A stretch of DNA of 64,000 nucleotides from Eledone cirrhosa (taxonomy: Eukaryota), in the NCBI GenBank assembly GCA_964016885.1, contig OZ024741.1:308574001-308638000 (forward strand), given 5' to 3'. Each line of letters starts with the position of its first letter. Within the stretch, counting starts at the first letter, position 1. Positions 43,651 to 56,546 of this stretch are shown one piece after another. The position numbers and the translations under genes are program-made. Below the pieces are notes generated by a model. It saw only the letters and a program-made list of their open reading frames with translations, was not told the DNA's origin and ran no database searches.

Positions 43651-43927
43651 TAATAATAATAAATTTGAAGACGTCCATCTTCCACGCTAGCATGGCATAC
43701 ATATATATATATATATACATATACAAAAACACACACATATATATATACACACACACACACAGTAAGGTGTGGTAGCCTAAGCTGTATCTGGGAGAATGGG
43801 TGGTCTGCGTATGATTTGATGAATTTAGAGGGTGAGTACAGTTTGTTTGGTAGGAGTCATAGGTTCAGGTGGCGTTTAGTTTCGGGTTTGCTGAGGGTGA
43901 GTAGACTAGTTAGAGTAATAACACTCT

Positions 43928-44450
<523 letters not shown>

Positions 44451-44485
44451 GTCGCTGTGTCTCTTTATAGACACATATACATATA

Positions 44486-44524
<39 letters not shown>

Positions 44525-44643
44525 CTGCAGAATGTACACACACACATTCAGATGTGATATACTGCCATACACAAACATACACATAAACTCAGTCAAAACA
44601 CTATATGTACACACACACACACACACTTACACACTCACACACA

Positions 44644-44695
<52 letters not shown>

Positions 44696-45067
44696 TACAC
44701 ACAACTACACACACTAATGCTGGCAGCTACTGTTAGTTATCAGCTTCTAGTTTGGTAAAATTGATTGTTTTGAAGTCTTTGGTGTTGGGTCTTTTCAGTT
44801 TAATAGAGGTTACAGAGTGTTTGGTTTGGCAGTGGAGGTAGTGGAGCCAGGGTGAGGGTGGTGTGGAGGAGACTTTGGCGGGAGTAGTGATGGGGGAGGC
44901 TTGACAGGCGAGGTGGTGGAGATAGTGGTTTGTAGAAAAGGATGAGGCGGAAGCTATAAAGATAATTGTAGGTAGGTGGGTGAGAGGAGCAAAGGAGGAA
45001 AACAGAGGAAGGAAATCATAATTCTTCATCCTTGTTATTTTTCTGTATGTGTGTGAGAGAAAAAGAG

Positions 45068-45112
<45 letters not shown>

Positions 45113-45204
45113 ATATTGATATATATATATATATATATATCATTTCTGAATTTTGCGTTTCGTTTCGCCTTTCCTGCCCGCCGAAATGCGATTCTCGCTG
45201 CATC

Positions 45205-45235
<31 letters not shown>

Positions 45236-45276
45236 TGACATATATATCTATATCTATCTATCTATCTATCTATCTA

Positions 45277-45308
<32 letters not shown>

Positions 45309-46023
45309 GATATATATATATATATAGATATATAGATAGATATAGATATATATATATACATACATATATATATATATTCAGATACACACATATATATATA
45401 TTCAGATATACACATATATATATACATATACACATATATATATGTGTATATATACACCCATATATATGTATACATATAAAACACAGATCCATATACACAT
45501 ATATGGGGACATTTATCTACATGATCTGATGACAAAAGCAGGCCAGAGAAATACGTATTGTGATTTTTCCAACATTAAAGGTTTGGACAGCTCTTTGCAG
45601 ACTGAATCAAGACTTAATCAGAGCAACTAATGTCTCATATGAGTCAGGGGCCAGCCTATCTCTTACTTACATTCCTGCACACTACTGAGTATGGGGCAAG
45701 GTTGGAGGGGCCAGGGTGCATGTCTGTGTGAGTGTACATATGCATGTGTGATATGATGGTCAGTGAATTTGCAGACAGCACAACTCAACTGGAATGAAGA
45801 CAAAAGACAATGGTGCGTGGATGGCCTCAATAGTCTGTGTATGTGGTGTGCATGGTATACATGTGTGGTATGTGTGTGATGTAGGTGGCATGTGTTTGTG
45901 TGTGTGTGCCTGTGAGTGTGTGTGTTCAGTACAAAAGATAATATTGGGTGCACCAAAACTAATTGCTATCCAGATATTCTCTGGCAGACTGACAGAGATG
46001 CTCAATATTGAAGTATATTGACA

Positions 46024-46109
<86 letters not shown>

Positions 46110-46893
46110 GTGAGGGTCAGACAAGACAGGATAAGGTATACAACATTATAAGAGAATAATAGATTACTTTGTTAGTATTTGGTCTTACTACTAAGCATAG
46201 TTTGGTATGTGTGTTTCTGTGTTTGTTTGTGTATGTGTTAGTGTGTTTGTGTGACCATCATCATCATCATAATCATCATTTTACGTCTATTTTCCATATG
46301 AAGTAACCACATCTTGCTGATATGATCCTGACAGGTTTTGGAAGGAGTTTATAATGTGAGTGTCTGTGAAACATACATATACCAGGTCTGAACACAAAGG
46401 AACCAAATTCCCACTGTCACTAGCTCTGTCTCTCTCACTTTCCCCATCTCTCACTATTATGAGCAAATAGGAGTATACATGCTGGCCACCCCATGGCCCC
46501 AGTCGACAGAAGAAATAACACACACCAGTACACTGTGTAAAGTTACAGTGGTAAAGAGTAAGAGAAAAAAGGCATCCAACCTTAGAAACCATCCTAAAAA
46601 TGGCAAACATTGGAGTATTTGTCACACTTAATCACCACCAGGTCGCTGGAGATACACTACTGACGTAGAGTGCTTTTGGGCTGATCAAATCAGATGATCC
46701 TCACAGCATTACAATGTAACCTTCACGAATAAGCACCCTAATGTTTTGTATATATATATATATATATATACATATATAAATATATATATAGGGATATGTT
46801 ATCTAATTATCTAAGCTATTATAGCAATTGACTGATTTTACAGTTATTTTGTGAGTTGCTGGTTCTCGCACCACCACTTTAATAATTCATAAG

Positions 46894-46955
<62 letters not shown>

Positions 46956-47132
46956 CCACGGAAAGCGGACATTAAAATGATGATGAAAATGATAATAGTG
47001 ATATATATGTGCCCTGATGACATCTTTTTTCCATTCATGGGGCTTATATATCTTGTCAGTATCTTGTCAGGCTATTTATCTTTAGTAAAAAACACAGCAA
47101 AATCTTCGAATTCTAATTCTCTCTCTATACAT

Positions 47133-47177
<45 letters not shown>

Positions 47178-47348
47178 AAATGTATATATAAATATATGTA
47201 TATATATATTCACACACACACATACACACATAGATACATATAACCCTATGCAGGGGAGAGAGTAGGAGATAGGAAATTTCACCACAAAACCATAAGTACT
47301 GAAAAGAATGTTACATGATACATTGATATTTGAAGACATGTTTATCTG

Positions 47349-47398
<50 letters not shown>

Positions 47399-47706
47399 TG
47401 GAGGAAATTAAGTAAGAGGGAGAGAGAGAGGGAGTTAGAGAGAGAGAGATATAATGATGTATTGAGAGCGAGTGAGAGAGTGACTTAAAGAGAAAGAGCA
47501 GGATAGACAGAACATCAGTAGTTTATGACTTCATACTTGATAGAGGAAAGAGAAATATTGCAAATAAAAGACAACAACAACAACAACAAAGATAATAACC
47601 CTAGCAATAATAATAATATTAATAAAAATACTAATAATAGTTATAATCATAATAATGGTAATGATGATGCAACAAAATCCTGTCTCCTACCAATTAACAC
47701 ACACAT

Positions 47707-47751
<45 letters not shown>

Positions 47752-47904
47752 TGCACACAAACATATACAATAATGTAGGTCAGGTACACACACACTCACT
47801 CACACACACACACACACTCACACACACCCAACAAGTGCATTACTATTGTGCAGTTAATACGTCTATTTAACTCGGATGATGACGGGATTTACAGCCAAGG
47901 CTTT

Positions 47905-48800
47905 TCTTGTTGTTGTTGTTGTTGTTATTTGGTTTCCTACTTCTACCCCCACCCCACCCTCTCTCTATCCCATGTTTGTTGTTGTTTTTGTTGTTGTTAG
48001 TTTACCTCCTACCCAACCCTCTCTCTATCTCATGCTTGTTGTTGTTAGTTTACCTCCTACCCACCCCTCACTCTATCTCATGTTTGTTGTTGTTTTTGTT
48101 GTTGTTAGTTTACCTCCTACCCACCCCTCTCTCTATCTCATGTTTGTTGTTGTTTTTGTTGTTGTTAGTTTACCTCCTACCCACCTCTCTCTCTATCTCA
48201 TGCTTGTTGTTAGTTTACCTCCTACCCACCCCTCACTCTATCTCATGCTTGTTGTTGTTAGTTTACCTCCTACCCACCCCTCTCTCTATCTCATGTTTGT
48301 TGTTGTTTTTGTTGTTGTTAGTTTACCTCCTACCCACCCCTCACTCTATCTCATGTTTGTAGTTGGTTTTGTTGTTGTTAGTTTACCTCCTACCCACCCC
48401 TCTCTCTATCCCATGTTTGTAGTTGGTTTTGTTGTTGTTAGTTTACCTCCTACCCACCCCTCACTCTATCTCATGTTTGTTGTTGTTTTTGTTGTTGTTA
48501 GTTTACCTCCTACCCACCCCTCACTCTATCTCATGTTTGTTGTTATTGTTGTTGTTAGTTTACCTCCTACCCCCACCCCACCCCTCTCTCTATCCCTCTA
48601 TCTAATGTTTGTTGTTATTGTTATTTTACCTCCTACTCCCATCTTCTCTCTCTCCCCCTCTCTCTCTCTCTGTCTCTATCTCATATGTTTGTTGTTGTTG
48701 TTATTGTAAGTTACTTGACCTCCTACTCCTAGCCCCCACCCCCATACCCCCCTCTCTCTATCTATCTCATATGTTTGTTGTTATTATTATTAGTTACTTG
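47905..48800. repeat. ~48-60-bp minisatellite CTCTATCTCATGTTTGTTGTTG..TTAGTTTACCTCCTACCCACCC
   Basis: Direct reading. Confidence 0.95.
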
Positions 48801-48803
48801 TTA

Positions 48804-48998
48804 AGGCGGTGGATTGGCAGTATCGGTGGAGGGTCGGACGCCATGCTTTCCAGCATAGTTACGTCCCTTTACGATCTGAGTTCAAATCCCGCCGAGGTTG
48901 ACTTTGCCTTTCATCCTTACGGGGTCGATAAAATAAAGTACCAGTAATACACTGGGTAATTGCTGGCCTTGTGCCTAAAGTAGAAACAATTATTATTA
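48804..48998 (+). mobile_element. tRNA-derived SINE family B (Meta/Sauria-like central domain, (ATT)n tail)
   Basis: GGCGGTGGATTGGCAGTATCGG..., B box GAGTTCAAATCCC, centre GTTGACTTTGCCTTTCATCCTTACGGGGTCGATAAAATAAAGTACCAG, tail GGCCTTGTGCCTAAAGTAGAAACAATTATT. The domain name is from recall and unverified. Confidence 0.8.
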
Positions 48999-49064
48999 GT
49001 TACTTGGCTTCCTACTCCCACCCCAACCTTATCTCTCTCTCTATCTCTATTGTATGATTGTAGC

Positions 49065-49095
<31 letters not shown>

Positions 49096-49287
49096 AGACT
49101 TTCTACTCTCTATGCCCTTCTGTCATCTATGCCTGTTGTTGTTGTTATTATTCTGAGAGGGGAGAGAAAGGGGCAATTCTTTTATTCAAAATGACCAGCT
49201 TCCTTTAAATGACAAATTATTTCATCTCTGAGAGACAACATAAGTTAATAATAGAAATATTACACTCATTGGCACTATTGTTCTTGT

Positions 49288-49830
49288 TGATGATGATGAT
49301 GATGGTAGTGGTTGTGGTGGTGGTGGTTGTGGTGGCGGCGGTGGTGATGGTGGTGGTGGTGATGGTGGTGGTTGTATTGGTGGTGGTGGTGGTGATAGTG
49401 GTTGTATTGGTGGTGGTGGTGATGGTGGTGGTGGTGGTGGTGGTGTGGTGATGGTTGTGGTGATTCTGGTGGTAGTACTGGTAATGGTGGTGGTGGTTGT
49501 GGTGATGGTGGTGGTTGTATTGGTGGTGGTGGTGATAGTGGTTGTATTGGTGGTGGTGGTGGTGATGGTGGTGTGGTGATGGTTGTGGTGATTCTGGTGG
49601 TAGTACTGGTAATGGTGGTGGTGGTTGTGGTGATGGTGGTGGTGATAGTGGTTGTATTGGTGGCGGTGGTGATGGTGATGGTGGTGGTGTGGTGATGGTT
49701 GTGGTGATTCTGGTGGTAGTACTGGTAATGGTGGTTGTGGTTGTGGTTGTGGTGATGGTGGTGGTGGTAGTGGTTGTATTGGTGGTGGTAGTGGTGGTGG
49801 TGGTGGTTGCAATGACAATAATGGTGGTAG
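49288..49830. repeat. GGT-derived array with higher-order duplications
   Basis: GTGATTCTGGTGGTAGTACTGGTAATGG recurs three times within GGT-rich sequence. Confidence 0.85.
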
Positions 49831-50169
49831 TGGCATCGGCTGTGAGGATAATGGTGGAGGCAGTGATGATGATGATGATAGCTTTTCATGGTAGTGGTAA
49901 TAGGGTGGCGATAGTAGTGGTGGTCTTGGTGGTGGCATTGTTAGTTGTTGTGCCAGTAGTGGTAATGGCAGTAAGGTTGTTCAATATTTCAGTAGTGTTG
50001 ATGGTGGTGGTGGTGGTGGTGGTGTTGTTCTTGTAGGTGATGGTGGTGGTGGTTACAACGATCCTGATAACAATGGTGATGAGAATTGTAAGGATGATAG
50101 AGGTGGATTTAGATGAGGATGATGACTGTTTTTGAACAGAGCTATAACTAACCCATATTTTTATTTCAG

Positions 50170-50460
50170 ACTGTGTAGCTTGGAGATTGAAGTTTCACTC
50201 CAGGTAGAGCTGCTATTTCTCCAAATTGAGAGATCACGGCTCTGATATTATGGGCATGTGGTTAGAATGTCTCAGGAAAGAATTGCTGGACAGATTTTAC
50301 GGTCAAAACCAGACTCGTGGATAACAATGATGAGCTTGGCTAGTCTTGCTTGGGGATCCAGTCAAATCAGTTAGAGACAGTTGCTTCTGACAGGACCCAC
50401 TAGAAGGAGTGTCTGAGGACTCTTCCCCCATGACCCTCTCAGGAATAAGTGGACAAAGAA
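50170..50460 (+). mobile_element. RTE/Expander-like LINE 3' fragment (related copy ~59590-59790)
   Basis: Encodes LLFLQIERSRL*YYGHVVRMSQERIA. The second copy encodes PLLLRIERLQLRYYDHVVRMLQERI..PTGRRPRGR. Confidence 0.65.
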
Positions 50461-53262
50461 GAAAAAGAAGACAGTTTATCTAGGACTAAATTACTGAATG
50501 TGCCCTTCCCTTTTGATTTAAGAGAAATTATTTTTCTGCTATTTCTAGTGTGTCAAATAATCACACAAAAACCCTTTCTCCTACTGGTGGTGGCATTGTA
50601 GCCCCAGTCAATCCTGATTAACCAGACTAATGATCAAAGATAAATTAATTGCAGCCTTTTAACCTTTTCTTCTTTTTTTATATTTTTCAGCCATAATGTC
50701 TCAAGGACTATACTATTCAATATGTCTTTTCTTTTAAAGATAGCAGACTGTGATTTGAGGGACATTTGGGAAAAATCAGTTCCAAACTGAGGCCCAACAA
50801 GAACTATGGATTAGAGAGAGAGCCTTCATGTGGTCACCATGACCTGCTAATAAATAGTAGTGAAACCTGCTTCTAATCACAGTATACTCTCTTAAGAAAA
50901 ATATAGAACACATTATTCTCAATAACATTATATTGCCTGAAAAAAAAAAAAGAAAGGAAGAACAGATGGAACACTTTGGATCATGGGTGTTGTTTAACAT
51001 GGGCTGACTTTTCTTTTATTTGCTAGGTCTGGAAGAAGGAGGTTGCTTTCCATGACTTTTGCAGGCCCTCCAAGACCAATGAAATCAATGTTGGGATTTA
51101 ACAACTGCAAAACCCTCCAAATCAATTGTTCTTATGCAACAGCAACAACAACAACAACAACAAAAATAGCATAAATGAAATTAAAAGGACCACATCTTCC
51201 AATAATAAAACAACAAATACAACAAACAAAAAAGAAAACAAAAACAAAAAAAAAATATGAAATTAATAATTCTCCGGACTATTAAGCTCATCTTTAGAGC
51301 TGAACAAAGTGATTAATATTTTACATGTACACTATGTTTCAATTTCTTTACCAGGTTGTTGTCAGCTGTTTTATTCCTAGATATGTATATAATAAGCCCT
51401 CCACCCCCCGCCCTGCCCTTGCAGAGTGGTCAAATGGTTAGGAAGTTCATGTGTTTCTAGGTCAGGTCTCACCGAATGGTAATCTTCAGCAAGTGTGATT
51501 TATTGCAGCATCAGGTCAACCCAAGCCTTTTTTTTTTAAATGAAATTAGGTAGACAAAAATTGTTTGGAAGCCCATTGAATGGACTTTATTTCTAATTCA
51601 AAGAGCCAGTCTTGTCACACAGTGTGTCATGCTGAATACACCTAAGAACTACATCATCATCATCATCATTATTTTACATCCGCTTTTCCCTGCTTGCAAG
51701 GGTGGCATGGGTCCTCTTCAGCACAGCATCTCTCTGTGGAATGCTCAGCCACTGAAGTGCATTGAATGAACTGTACTTGTAATTCACAGTGTATCATACT
51801 AAATCTACCAGAGAATTACAAGTGCCTGGAATATTCATCCACTTATGTGTTAATTTAACAAGCAGGCCATTTTATTAGTCAAAAAACCAGAACACCTATC
51901 ACCCAAACTAACAGAGGTCTATTTATCTTCTACTTCACATAATACCGGATTGGATTTGAACGAGGAATATAGTAGATAAGAATGCTACTACACTTAGTTT
52001 AAAAATAAATTGTCATTGTCTCAAACCCTGTTTAGTATTATGTAAGCATCCTGGAATAAGAGAACTGATGAGAATCAGTGATCAAATCAAAAATTAATCT
52101 TTGGTCGTATCTGGCTAAAATTCTCTTTCCTCTTTCTGTTCAAACCGGCTGTAACCAGCCACTCATACTGATGTTAAGGTATTGTTCTCAAAATAAATAA
52201 CATCAAAATTTCATAGATTCGATATAATGTAAGATAATTATGTGAGGTAAAGCCTTTACCATGAAAATATAATAGTAAATATAGAGTAATGTAAATGCTA
52301 AAGAGTTAAACATGAACCCATCCCAAACTGTTTTTATTAAAGTGTTCAAATTTAATCTTGTAAATCTTGGGTTGAAATCTAATTATTACATGGTAGATAA
52401 AAGCGGGGGATTGGCAGAGTCAATAGAGCACCGGACAAATATTTTGTGATATTTGTTGCAGCTCTTTACGTTCCATGTTCAAATCTCACCAAGGTCAATT
52501 TTGTCTGCCATCCATTCAGGGGTCGATAAAATAGAATACCAGTCAAGTATTATTGTTGGTCTAATTAACTTTCCCATCCCACCACAATTGCTGGCATTGT
52601 GTCTAAATTAGAAGCCATTATTACATGGTAGATAATATTAAGATTTCAGTAGTTAAATATTTTTCTTTTATTACTGAGTGGTAAGTTAGTCATTTTAATA
52701 AAATCCCTCGTAATTAATTTGATAATTAACACAAGGGTAGTATATTTTTGTTATAAATATAGTCACAATGGGACTAAATATTATTGTAGCTGTTTTTTAA
52801 TAAATGTATAAAAATTACTAATTCTAATCTATTCCAGTGCTGTATTGATGACTGGAGAACAAACTGATCTAGAGATTAGAATATTACTAATTCTTAGTTC
52901 TAATCTAGTCTGGTATTATCTAGACATCCAGGAATACGGCAACTGATGACAACTGAAGGCCAAACTAGGGACATCACAATATCTAGTTTACAATTGAAAG
53001 TTACTAGTTTTGAATCCAAACAGAGATCATATACACATCTAGAAAAAAGACACTTGATGATGACCAGAGATGAAACTCAATTGAAACATAGTGTAGATGT
53101 AAACATGAATGCTTCAAATCTATTGATAAGCTTAATATTTCGGGCAATAATTATCTTATTCATTAACAACAATAAATTATCTGAGACATTCAGACATTCA
53201 AGAAAATATATATGTATGTATGTGTAAATATGTATATATATATATATGTGTGTGTAAATATG

Positions 53263-53336
<74 letters not shown>

Positions 53337-53477
53337 TATATATATACATACATAAAAATATACTCATATATACACACACTCACACTTATATATACATATT
53401 TATTTATATATATATATATATATACATAAACACATATACACATACATACATATACATATATACATACATATACATAT

Positions 53478-53535
<58 letters not shown>

Positions 53536-53561
53536 ATATATATAATGGTTTCTTTACTCAC

Positions 53562-53716
53562 CTGAAATTACTAAACCATTTGACCAACTGTGCTGTATTG
53601 TTTTTATTAAACCGGATGTCGGGGAAAAACACTTTTAAGATTGCTGAACTCGGATAGCGGACATAGAAAAACATCAACTTCGCTTTCCGTAGATGCATAG
53701 GTGTCAAGGTTGTAGT
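53562..53716 (-). CDS. pros: prospero/PROX1 orthologue, homeodomain exon (first coding exon visible in the window)
   Basis: Translates [51 protein letters not shown]+AG, the Prospero atypical homeodomain. 155 nt. Donor AG|GTGAGT at 53562/53561 is phase 2 and matches the next exon. The 5' end is set by a U12-type AC acceptor. Confidence 0.96.
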
Positions 53717-53734
53717 GTAGAGACAGTTAAGGAA
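53717..53734 (-). promoter_or_regulatory. U12-type (minor spliceosome) branch site and AC 3' splice site of an AT-AC intron
   Basis: Minus strand reads TTCCTTAAC-TGTCTCTAC|ACT ACA ACC TTG. Consensus U12 branch motif at 53734-53726, AC at 53718-53717. No AG occurs in the preceding 54 nt. Confidence 0.9.
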
Positions 53735-53782
53735 ATAAGAGTAACATGTAACATGTAACAAACAACATCACTTAATACATCT

Positions 53783-54050
53783 TCATCATCATCATCATCA
53801 TTTTACGTCTGCTTTTCCACGCTTGCATGGGTTGGACAGGTCTTTTTCAGCACAGCATCCCTCCACTCATCACATTCCTTCCTCATCTCCTCTATGAGCT
53901 ACAACGATTTGAAATCAGCTCTCACCAACTTCAAAAGGTCTTTATTGGTCTTCCTCTATCTTGGCTCCCTTCCACTGGGATTTCTTGGCACTTTTTCACC
54001 CAGCAATCATCATCCATCTACATCACATGTTCTTACAAGTACACTACATC
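53783..54050 (-). mobile_element. Degenerate RTE LINE 3' end just upstream of the U12 branch site
   Basis: Similar to the RTE C-terminus (GHVM..DDC.VKKCQEIPVEG..RGRP.KT..V.ADFKS), with the same ACGTAAAATGATGATG tail. Confidence 0.6.
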
Positions 54051-54440
54051 TGATTTCTCTTATACTCAGTTCATCCATGCTTTGTTGTTTTGTGTGTAAG
54101 TATAGGCATTAACAGACACACATGTATGTGAGTGTGTGTGTGCGTGTGTATATATATATATATATATATAAGAAATTTATTGATGTTGTGTTTGCAGGAA
54201 GGCAACATGAGTTGATTTATCTAAAGTAGCCCAATCAATAGTCAATGATACATGAAATTGTTTCAGAGTGGCAATAAGTGTAATTATTGGAAGACTAAAA
54301 TGTGTAAACCTCATACAAATGACAGCAACAACAAATATCTAGGAATAGACTATATACGTATATATGTGTGTGTACATATACTCACAGGTCCCAAATAACA
54401 GGGCGTGGGTGTAACAAATAGTGGGGGGAGGGGGGATCAT

Positions 54441-54866
54441 AAATCACTAAGATTGACAGGGGACATGAGATCCCAGTCGAGGAAAATGCGGTAGAGGTAA
54501 ACCAAGGAAGGTCTGGACAGAGGCGGTGAGAGCTGATCACAATCACTGAGATTGACAGAGGACATGATGAGAGCCCAGTCAAAGGAAATCGCGGTAGAGG
54601 TAAACCAAGGAAGATATGGAAAGAGGTGGTGAGAGCTGATCACAATCACTGAGATTGACAGAGGACATGATGAGTTTCCAGTCGAAGGAAATTGCGGTAG
54701 AGGTAAACCAAGGAAGATCTGGACAGAGGTGGTGAGAGCTGATCGTAAATCACTGAGATTCACAGAGGAGGTGATGAAGGAATGCAGCGAGTAAAGAGAT
54801 GTTGTACTGAAAAGGATCCATCCAACCGATGCAAGGGTGGAAAAATGGACGTAAAAACGATGATGA
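54441..54866 (+). mobile_element. RTE LINE 3' end with a ~100-bp coding segment in 3 tandem copies
   Basis: ATCACTGAGATTGACAGAGG recurs at ~54443, 54542, 54645 and 54749. The unit encodes PVEGNCGRGKPRKIWTEVVRAD. Ends GGACGTAAAAACGATGATGA. Confidence 0.75.
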
Positions 54867-55160
54867 CAAAAACAAACAATGTTCTTTGTAAGGGCCTACA
54901 ATGAAAATTAAATATTTATTCTCAACTTATTAAAAGTATTGATATGTATTTTATACTCATTTAAAACTGGTTTCTGCTACATTTGTACTAAGAAATAACA
55001 TATATACACACACACATATTTACATGTAGATATATATTATTATAAACTGTCATCATCATTGTAATAATCACAATATTTCAGCTATTGAATCCTTCAACTA
55101 GGTGCTTGTAGTATCTCTGTCTCTTTCTCTCTATTTCTCTCCCTATATATATATATATAT

Positions 55161-55345
55161 ATTAGAAAGTGAACAACACAAAATATAACTACTCCTCCAT
55201 TACCAAAGGTTTCTGTCTGATGACCGATCCAGACATATATTAATATCATCTAGGATCCAGAATCCTTTGGTAATGGAGTAGTTATATTTTGTGTTGTTCA
55301 CTTTCTAATTAAATAGCTCTGTTCTATACATAGAGCACTCTTTTT
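55161..55345. repeat. Inverted repeat (~52-bp arms) enclosing a hammerhead-like core; probable Penelope-like remnant
   Basis: ATTAGAAAGTGAACAACACAAAATATAACTACTC..CATTACCAAAGG pairs with its reverse complement ending at 55309. CTGATGA at 55217, GATCC/GGATC stem, GAATCCTTTGGTA. Starts in (TA)n. Confidence 0.75.
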
Positions 55346-55391
55346 TATCCTTTATTTTTTCTTCAGAATTACCTAACACACACACACACAA

Positions 55392-55668
55392 TCATCATCA
55401 TCATCATCATCATTTTATGTCCGCTTTTCCCTGCTTGCAAGGGTCAGACAGGAACTGATTTTGGCTTGATTTCTACAGCTGGATGCCCTTCCTAACACCA
55501 ACCTCATTTACAGTGAGTGCTGGGTGCTTTTTTTGCCGTGGCACCTCCACGACCACTTTACAGTGGAATGATAGGGACCCACCCCAGTCCCTATCATCTC
55601 ATTTCTACAGCTGAGTAAGCTGGGGCAATGTGAAATAAAGTGTCTCGCTCAAGGAAACAACACATCAT
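55392..55668 (-). mobile_element. SINE family A copy, headless
   Basis: Reverse complement of the family A centre and tail. Confidence 0.8.
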
Positions 55669-55750
55669 ATATATATATATATTAGAAAGTGAGGGTTTTT
55701 TTACAAAATGAAAAATAACCGAGGTGTTCTACACGAGTGAAAGTATAAAG

Positions 55751-55933
55751 AAAAAAAGATGAAATCGAAAATGCAACTGGAGTCTTATTTTTAAAAAAAT
55801 ATATATATTTATTTGGTTCCTTTACCGGTTTCGCAGTTCTTCTGCTTTTCAAAAGTAGAGTTGAGATGGAGGGTCTGTGGTTTTTCTCACATTTTTTAAA
55901 AATAAGACTCCAGTTGCATTTTCGATTTCATCT

Positions 55934-55939
<6 letters not shown>
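55751..55939. repeat. Inverted repeat (~49-bp arms) around a decayed minus-strand minimal hammerhead
   Basis: Arms 55751-55800 and 55891-55939. Minus strand of the spacer reads CTT-TTGAAAA-GCAG-aagaa-CTGC-GAAACCGGTA-AAG. Confidence 0.7.
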
Positions 55940-55974
<35 letters not shown>

Positions 55975-56482
55975 TTCTTCCTCTATAGACAAAATCGGCT
56001 GGTTTCAGACCTGGAGAGGGTTGGGCTCCACCAGGTTTAAAAGTGCCCTAGACACACCGTATGACGGTGTCGCTACGACTCCACAAGAAGTTATGGGATC
56101 TTTATCCTTATCCTTATAGCTATATATATACACATATATATACATCCCTTAATATACACACACACATATATATATATATAGTATATATGTTGTATATATG
56201 CACACACATACTACAACAGGGGTGCATGACTGAATGTAATAATATACAGAGTAAGTGAAGAAGAATTAAAAGATGATGAAAGTAAGTGAAAGTAAAATGA
56301 TTGTTGCTGTTGTTGTTGATTTTAGCCCTAGGTCAGCCATGGTTCAGCAGAATTAGACACAATATCCAATGTGTGTATTCCTTTTTTGAGAAGGAAATAT
56401 ATAACAAGAAAGAAATTTGGTTGCTATTTCTAGCAAGTCAAGTAACTGCTCAGAGACTTACATGTTCAATATAGTTTTGTGC

Positions 56483-56546
<64 letters not shown>

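Noticed and set aside
53717-53761. N-terminal extension [15 protein letters not shown] of ORF 53558-53761, or a twintron-type U2 acceptor
   Set aside because: This is intronic sequence containing the U12 branch site. The only nearby AG is followed by an in-frame TGA.
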